Source: the human T2T-CHM13v2.0 reference genome, Homo sapiens. From it: a DNA stretch of 64,000 nt. The number at the start of each line of letters is the position of its first letter. The first letter of the stretch is position 1. The position numbers were made by a program, and so were the translations under genes. Below the pieces are notes generated by a model. The model searched no databases and was not told the DNA's origin. It saw only the letters and a program-made list of their open reading frames with translations. Shown here piece by piece: positions 57,867-64,000 of the stretch. The stretch is from NCBI RefSeq assembly GCF_009914755.1, contig NC_060938.1. One strand, 5' to 3'.

Positions 57867-59215
57867 GGAATAGCCCCTTTTTTTTTTACAGACAAGCTAG
57901 ACAATTCACAGTAACCTATGACCTAGTAAATTTTATTTCTTGATCAACACAACTCTTTATAGATGCTTGTGGTCCAAAAATGCAGATTCCTAATCATCCC
58001 CACGAATAAGGGGGCCATTGCAAGGCAACCTGGGAGGGAGTTTAGGATTGCTCTGAGGCAGTGAAAGCTATTGAAATTCCCACATGAGAGGCCAGAAAAG
58101 GGAATCCACATGTTTTGATCCCTCCATGTTCTGGGTGTAACTTGGTCCTCGTTAAATTGCACCATTTTTGGCATCAGAGAGAACCGGATTTGAATCCCAG
58201 TTCCATCCCTCATTATGATTTGATGGTGAATGTGTTTTTAACTCGTCTGAGGCTCAGTTTGCTGATCTATAAAAGATGTGATTGTTATGAGGCTTCTATA
58301 ACGTACATGTGTAAAAATCATGGCAAAATGCTTGTAATTGAAAAGACAGGTTTGTCAGGAGACTTCTCTCAGGTAAGTATGTAAAAACCTGGACACAATG
58401 CCTATAATTTTGTAAGTGTTCAATATATGGAGAAGGAGGATTATTTTTCTTTCATTTAATTTTTAGAGCAACTTTATAAAATTGGTGACACTCATATATT
58501 GGAGATAATCAAACCAATGATCAGAAAGACTAAATAAATCACCATAGTCACAAAGCAGTTCACAATACATTTACTGGATAATTTCTAGTTAAAAGTAGCA
58601 ATGATGATCACATTGAAAATCTTGTATTATCTGGTGGTTTTCTCTTACTTAAGCTTCTTGGAATTTAGTAAGATAAGTTGCAGCTCAAAAAGCAGATCCG
58701 TAGAATATTTTGTTCCAGAGATTGTAGTGGGGGCCCAAGTATTGCATGAGTTTTGTTGGGAGCAAGGTGTAGGCTGAGAATCTAAGCAAACTTCAGTTGG
58801 TGGTTTTCAGTTGGTGGGCAGTGGCAGAAGGAGGAGGAGCTCCGTCTGTGCTCTCTCTTCCTCCAGTCACAGCCCTCAGGCTTGTTGCATCGAGGCCCTT
58901 CTTAGTTAAACCAGACAGGTTGACAGGTTTATTTAGCATTTAGCAGACAAGTCAGCTCAGGGTAGGCGGGTGAGGTGGGGTGTGGGCTGCTAGTACAGTG
59001 CCGCCCTTTGACCCAGGGCTGCCCGTGCCCAGGGGGCTATTCCATATATTATATATTATATATATATACATAATATTTTTATATTTATGTATATAAGCCT
59101 GTTGGTTTGTTAAAACCATGGATTCTAAGTTGCTCTATCTACGTGATCATTAGAAAAATGTGATGTACTTAGTGTATAAATTTTAGAACATTTCTTCTGT
59201 TAGTCTTGTTAATAC
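57867..59215 (+). repeat. Copy B of the local duplication, with a ~435-bp insertion (~58660-59092)
   Basis: Collinear with 55313-56215 on both sides of the insertion. Confidence 0.9.
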
Positions 59216-59319
59216 TCAATTATTTTCTAAAACACCTAGTGCAAATCCCCATAGGTTTTAATCGAATTATATTATAATTTGGATTTTCTGGTCTGCCTAT
59301 CTTCCAAATAATAAAGTTC

Positions 59320-59805
59320 TTAAAATTAATTTTCTATTGCTGCCATAACAAATTACCACAATTTTGTGGCTTAAATCAAAGACTTATGACCCTATAGTTC
59401 TGTAGGGCAAACCTCTGACCGTGGTCTTACTGGACTTAAGTGAAGGTGTTGTCAGGGCTGTATTGCTTTCTGGAGGCTCTAGAGAGAATCCATTTCCTTT
59501 TCCAACTTTTAGATGCTGTCCCTATTCCTTGGATCATGGGACAATCCCTCCATCTTCAAAGCCAGTAATGTGGGATGTCTGTGACCATTGTTCTGTAGTC
59601 ATATCACCTTCTGACTGTAGCTAGGAAAGATTCTCTTATTTTATAGACACATGCAATTAGATTGGCCCCCAAGATAATCAAGGATAATCCCCCTAACTCA
59701 AGGGTTAATCACATCTCCAAAGTCCCTTTTGCCTCATGTAAAGTAATATGGTCACAGATTCCAGGGACTAGAACATATTCATGGGGTCATTATTTTGACT
59801 GTCAC
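59320..59805. mobile_element. MLT1-family MaLR LTR
   Basis: 'ctattgctgccataacaaattaccacaa...ctttctggaggctctagagagaatccattt...cacatctccaaagtcccttttgcc'. Confidence 0.78.
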
Positions 59806-60124
59806 AAAGGCAGTCTTGGACTTATGCATATCTAGATTTTCTTTGCTTAATTTCAGAGCCTAGAACACATTAGACTCTAAATAAATGTGAATGAGTGATA
59901 AATATTATATTTACAGATTGCTGCCACATTACAATTCTGTCCTCCCACTGGTGGTGGAATCCTATGTACTTTTTACCATCTCCATTTTGCATTCAGACTG
60001 AACATGGCTATGTTATTCCTTTCACCTGGGTGATTTGAAACCATCTCTCTATTTCTATTTGTAGAGATCTTATCTATCAAGCCCTTCTCAAATGCCACTT
60101 CAAAAAACTTTTTCTAATCTCCAA

Positions 60125-60512
60125 TTGTCTTAGTCAATTTATGCTCTTATAACAAAATAACACAGACTAGGCAATTTATGAAAACCAGACGTTTATCTGT
60201 CACAATTCTGGAGACTAAGAAGTCCAAGATCAAGGCGTTGGCAGGTCTGATATCTGGTAAGGGCTGTTCTCTCCGTTCAAGATGGTGTCTTGATGCTGCA
60301 TCTTCCAGAGACAAGGAACACTGTTTCCTCAGATGTGGAAGGCGGGAGAGCAAGAGGGATGAACTCCCTCCATGGAGCTCTTTCATGAGGGCTCCTAAAC
60401 CCATTCCTGAGGTAGGATTCCTGATGGCCTCATCACTTCCTGCAGGCTCCACCTCAACACTCTCACATTGTCAACGCTGAATCTCGGAGGAGTCACAGTG
60501 AAACCACAGCAC
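60125..60512. mobile_element. MLT1A/MST-type MaLR LTR
   Basis: 'tgtcttagtc...ataacaaaataacacagactagg...gaagtccaagatcaaggcgttggcagg...aaaccacagca'. Confidence 0.8.
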
Positions 60513-62829
60513 CAATCAAGTATGATCTTTCTCTCCTCAAAAACCCCCTCATATGTTTAGACCTCCCATGCACTTTTATACGTTTTGTCTCATGGTTTCT
60601 TCCTGTACAAATAAGGTGCTATAAATGGATAGCTATAGTTTTGGGTTTCATTTCAACAAAACACCCTTCCTAGTTTTTTGAACCCCAAGCAAAATATGAG
60701 GACAGGCCCCACCTTCCATTACAAAAGCTGAAAGGGAGTGCATGATCCTTTTTCCAGTTTCTTGGCCACTCACGTGTGGGCACATATCTAGGCCCAGCCA
60801 ACTGATGGCTCTTTATTAGAACTTGGAGCCCGATGAAATGATGCAAAAGACCTGAAAGAATCGGAGATGATTCTGAGAAATTGAGCAGAGATGCAGGACC
60901 AGGAATGTGGCAGCAAATGCCTAGGTTCAGCAGAGCCCAGCTACATGGTGACAAGTGACAAATGACAACATCCTAGTGGTGGCATCCCAAGATCTGCTTT
61001 CGTCGAATGAACTTGGCTGTGCTGAGTTTCCCTCAGTTCTTACCTTGCTTCTCCAGCATCTTCAATGATTTTGTGAACTATTCAATATCCTTTCATTGAA
61101 TTCCTGTTTTGCTTAAGTTGTCTAGAATTTGTTATTTTCAGTGAAAAATATAAACCAATTATGCCCTCACATTAAAACACACTCGACTTAGGCATCTCCT
61201 CTGATCTCACTGGAGAAAAGTGTGGACGTTATTTGTAATTTGACTCAGAATCATAGGATTAGTTTGGTACTAGTAACAATGGAGATAAGTAACTAACTTT
61301 TTGTGAAACTTCTTCCTGGGGTGAAACAAAATCTATTCTGGAAACTGTTTCCAATTATCTCTGGAAATTTATTAAGTGACTTAGTATATAATGATAATTT
61401 ACCATGATATTTGATAAAATAGTTTTGTGTGTTCAGAATAATTTCTTTTTTCTTTACCTTTGAAAATAATGCATTGATAGTTAATTAATTTTCTCCTAAA
61501 TTGTCTGTTTTTATTTCCATAAAAGGTATTTATTGAATGTCTCCTTACTTTTAATATAACTAGGCATTGTGTGATCAAAGTAAAATAAATATGTTCTTGT
61601 TTCTGGAATTACTAAAGCTTTGAAAATTGACTTATCGACCTCAAACCAATGGGACATATTCCTATGTGGTCTACTCCTCTGTTAGGGTTCCCAGGGTAAG
61701 TGGTGATTCCTTTTCTGTCTTTTTAAAGATTTTAGAAATGCAGTTTCTGATGTGGCCCACTAGGCGGAGTACTTCAGAGCAGTGTTTGTAGGAGTACAAA
61801 GCTAACTTCTGCTGCTTTTGCTTGATGCTTCTGCAGCTTCCTTGACTACTGTGGATGATAAGTAATCATTTTCTTCCTCTTCTTTATTTTTCCCCCTCCC
61901 TCTTTGGAGTGAACGTGAAACATTTAGGAAGTTTGTTGATCAACATGTACCGTGTTTATGAAAATCCGGCTAAGATAATATGGTAGGACTCCTTTGGTTA
62001 TAAATAATAGAATTCAAACTCAAACTGGTCTAAGCCAAAAAAAATATTAATTTGTGGACTCGTATAATGGAAAAATCCAGGGTATAGCTTCAGAATGGCT
62101 GAACGTAGGGACTCAGGGCTTGGCTCTTCTCCTCTTCCTTGCTTTTTTCTTCCCCATTGATTTTATTCTCAGACAAGTTTTCCCTTTGTGCTGCAATGTG
62201 GCCATCATCACTCCTGCAGTGTACATTTCCTTAGTTCCACAGCCCCAGAATAAAGCAAAAACAGAAACACTTCTAATAGTTTCAATAAGAGACTAGAGAT
62301 TGACTTTGGGTGTGAGGCTTGGATTTCATGTCCATCTCTAGTTTCATCTGTGCCAGGATTAGAAGTATATTCATTGGCCAGGCCTGTGTCACGAGCTCAT
62401 ACAGGGTTTCCACTGTCCACACAGTGCCTTTGCAAGTATTAGAAAATGGCTCCCCTTTCTCCAGTTAGATGCAGCCCTGTATCGGGGCATGTGGCTTGGA
62501 GAAGAGCATGTAGGCTGGATTTCAGCCCCCCTTTCTTCCTTAGCTGGGTTTCTTCCTTGAGTGAACAACATACTTGTTAGTAGCTGTCCTGCGCTTATTC
62601 CTGAAACTGGGGGTGAAATCAGCCCCCACGTCAAAACTGAAGGACAGAAGATGGCTTCATCTAGGGTACCAGATAATGGCTAATAACAAAGGGAGGGGAC
62701 AGTGGGTGCTGTGTGGGCAAAAGGAGCAAAAAATAATCCTAACCTGTCTAGACTTCATCTCAGAAGCCATATGCAACCTTCTTCAATGGAAATATTTGAC
62801 ACTTCAGGAGTGCCAAGAAGGCTATAAGG

Positions 62830-64000
62830 AGCATATCTCTTAAGAACATAAGTTAGGGCATTCTAGAATGTATGCTTTATGGATTTACCTTGTAAATATA
62901 TAACATTGACTAATACACACAGAAAATATATTGTAGAGTAACATAGATGACAGAAGTTGAAATACATGAAATTCTACTGCAGTCTATCATTATTTTCTAA
63001 CTTATCAAAATACTCAGAGGATCTCTTTTTTCATATTGATAAATTTCTAACCAGAGCCCTATTTACTCGTGTCTTGAAAAACAGAGTATTTGCGTATATG
63101 TCTGAAGAGGGAAGAGAAAGAGAATGATTCCAAAAAAGCTGATAACATTAATACAGCTTTCTATAGAAGATGTACATTTGCAACCACAAATTCAAAACTT
63201 ATAGGAGATGCACAAAATGTGAAGAAAAATAAATGAAACCAAACCACTACAAGAAATAACCAAAACTAAGAAGACAGCAAGAGAGGAAAAAAAAAAAAAA
63301 GAACTGCAAAACATATGAAAAACAATTAACAAAATGCAAGTTACTCCTTACCTATCAACAATGACTTTAAATGTGAAAGGATTAAACTATCTAATTAAAA
63401 GACATAGAGTGGCACAATGCATAAAAGATACTCATCAGTACATATTTATAAGGGAGTCACTTTAGATATAAAGATACATAGAGGCTGAAAGTGAAGGGAT
63501 GGGAAAAAATACTCTACGCAAATGGTAACCAAAAAAGAGCAAGGGTATCTATACTTAGATCAGAAAAAATAGACTTGAAATAAAAAACTGTCATTAGAGA
63601 CTAAGAAGGTCACTATATAATGATAAAAGTTCAGTTCAAAGGGAAGATTGTAAATATATATCCAGTCAACATTAGAACACCTAAATATATAAAGTTAATA
63701 TCAGCAAAGCTAAGGGGAGAAATCAGTAACACTAAAATAATAGTAGCCAACTTCAGTACCCCAAATTCAATAATAGATAGAACATCTAGGCAGGAATAAA
63801 AAAAGAGGAAACAGCTGACTTGAACAACACTGTAGATTCAACACTGACATATACAGAACTTTCCATCCAACAGCAGCAGAATATACATTTTTCTCAAGTG
63901 CACTCAGAATATTCTCTGAGATAGATCAAATCTTAGGTCACAAGGCATCCTACAAATTTAAGAAGTTTAATATAATGCCAAGTATCTTCTCAGACCACAA
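62830..64000 (+). mobile_element. Old L1M, inter-ORF region and degraded ORF2 endonuclease domain (runs off the window)
   Basis: 'tatcaacaatgactttaaatgtgaaaggattaaac...aattaaaagacatagagtggc', 'aatggtaaccaaaaaagagc', 'gcagaatatacatttttctcaagtgcac'. Confidence 0.82.

Noticed and set aside
60620-62400. Additional very old MaLR/LTR fragments
   Set aside because: Too degraded to delimit without a profile search

Overview
Hominid (human or great-ape-like) genomic DNA from an FRG1 segmental-duplication block. No intact protein-coding gene is present. The main feature is a complete nine-exon, unprocessed FRG1 paralog/pseudogene on the minus strand (~16975-39297) with its CpG-island promoter. It carries a destroyed exon-1 donor (GT>CT), a 1-nt deletion in exon 2, a TGG>TGA stop and 3-nt deletion in exon 3, and a broken exon-9 acceptor. 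The frame from an internal Met in exon 3 through exon 8 stays fully open. Downstream of it lies an isolated, unprocessed MLLT10 (AF10) exon copy (+, 12910-13165). The rest is mostly repeats: L1s of several ages (including a twin-primed L1PA2-like insertion with an 18-bp TSD), Alus, MaLR/ERV LTRs, MADE1, MER elements and a 600-bp (CCTT)n tract. There are also several small tandem or templated duplications and an old local duplication (55.3 kb vs 57.9 kb) bracketing a GC-rich promoter-like segment. Nearly all ORFs in the supplied track are repeat-derived or spurious. I found no convincing new biological system. The best leads are a possible N-terminally truncated FRG1 product, a stop-free in-frame exon 5-7 circle flanked by inverted Alus, and templated-insertion scars. 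Comparisons to FRG1/MLLT10 and repeat subfamily names are from recalled sequences and were not computed; repeat boundaries are approximate.
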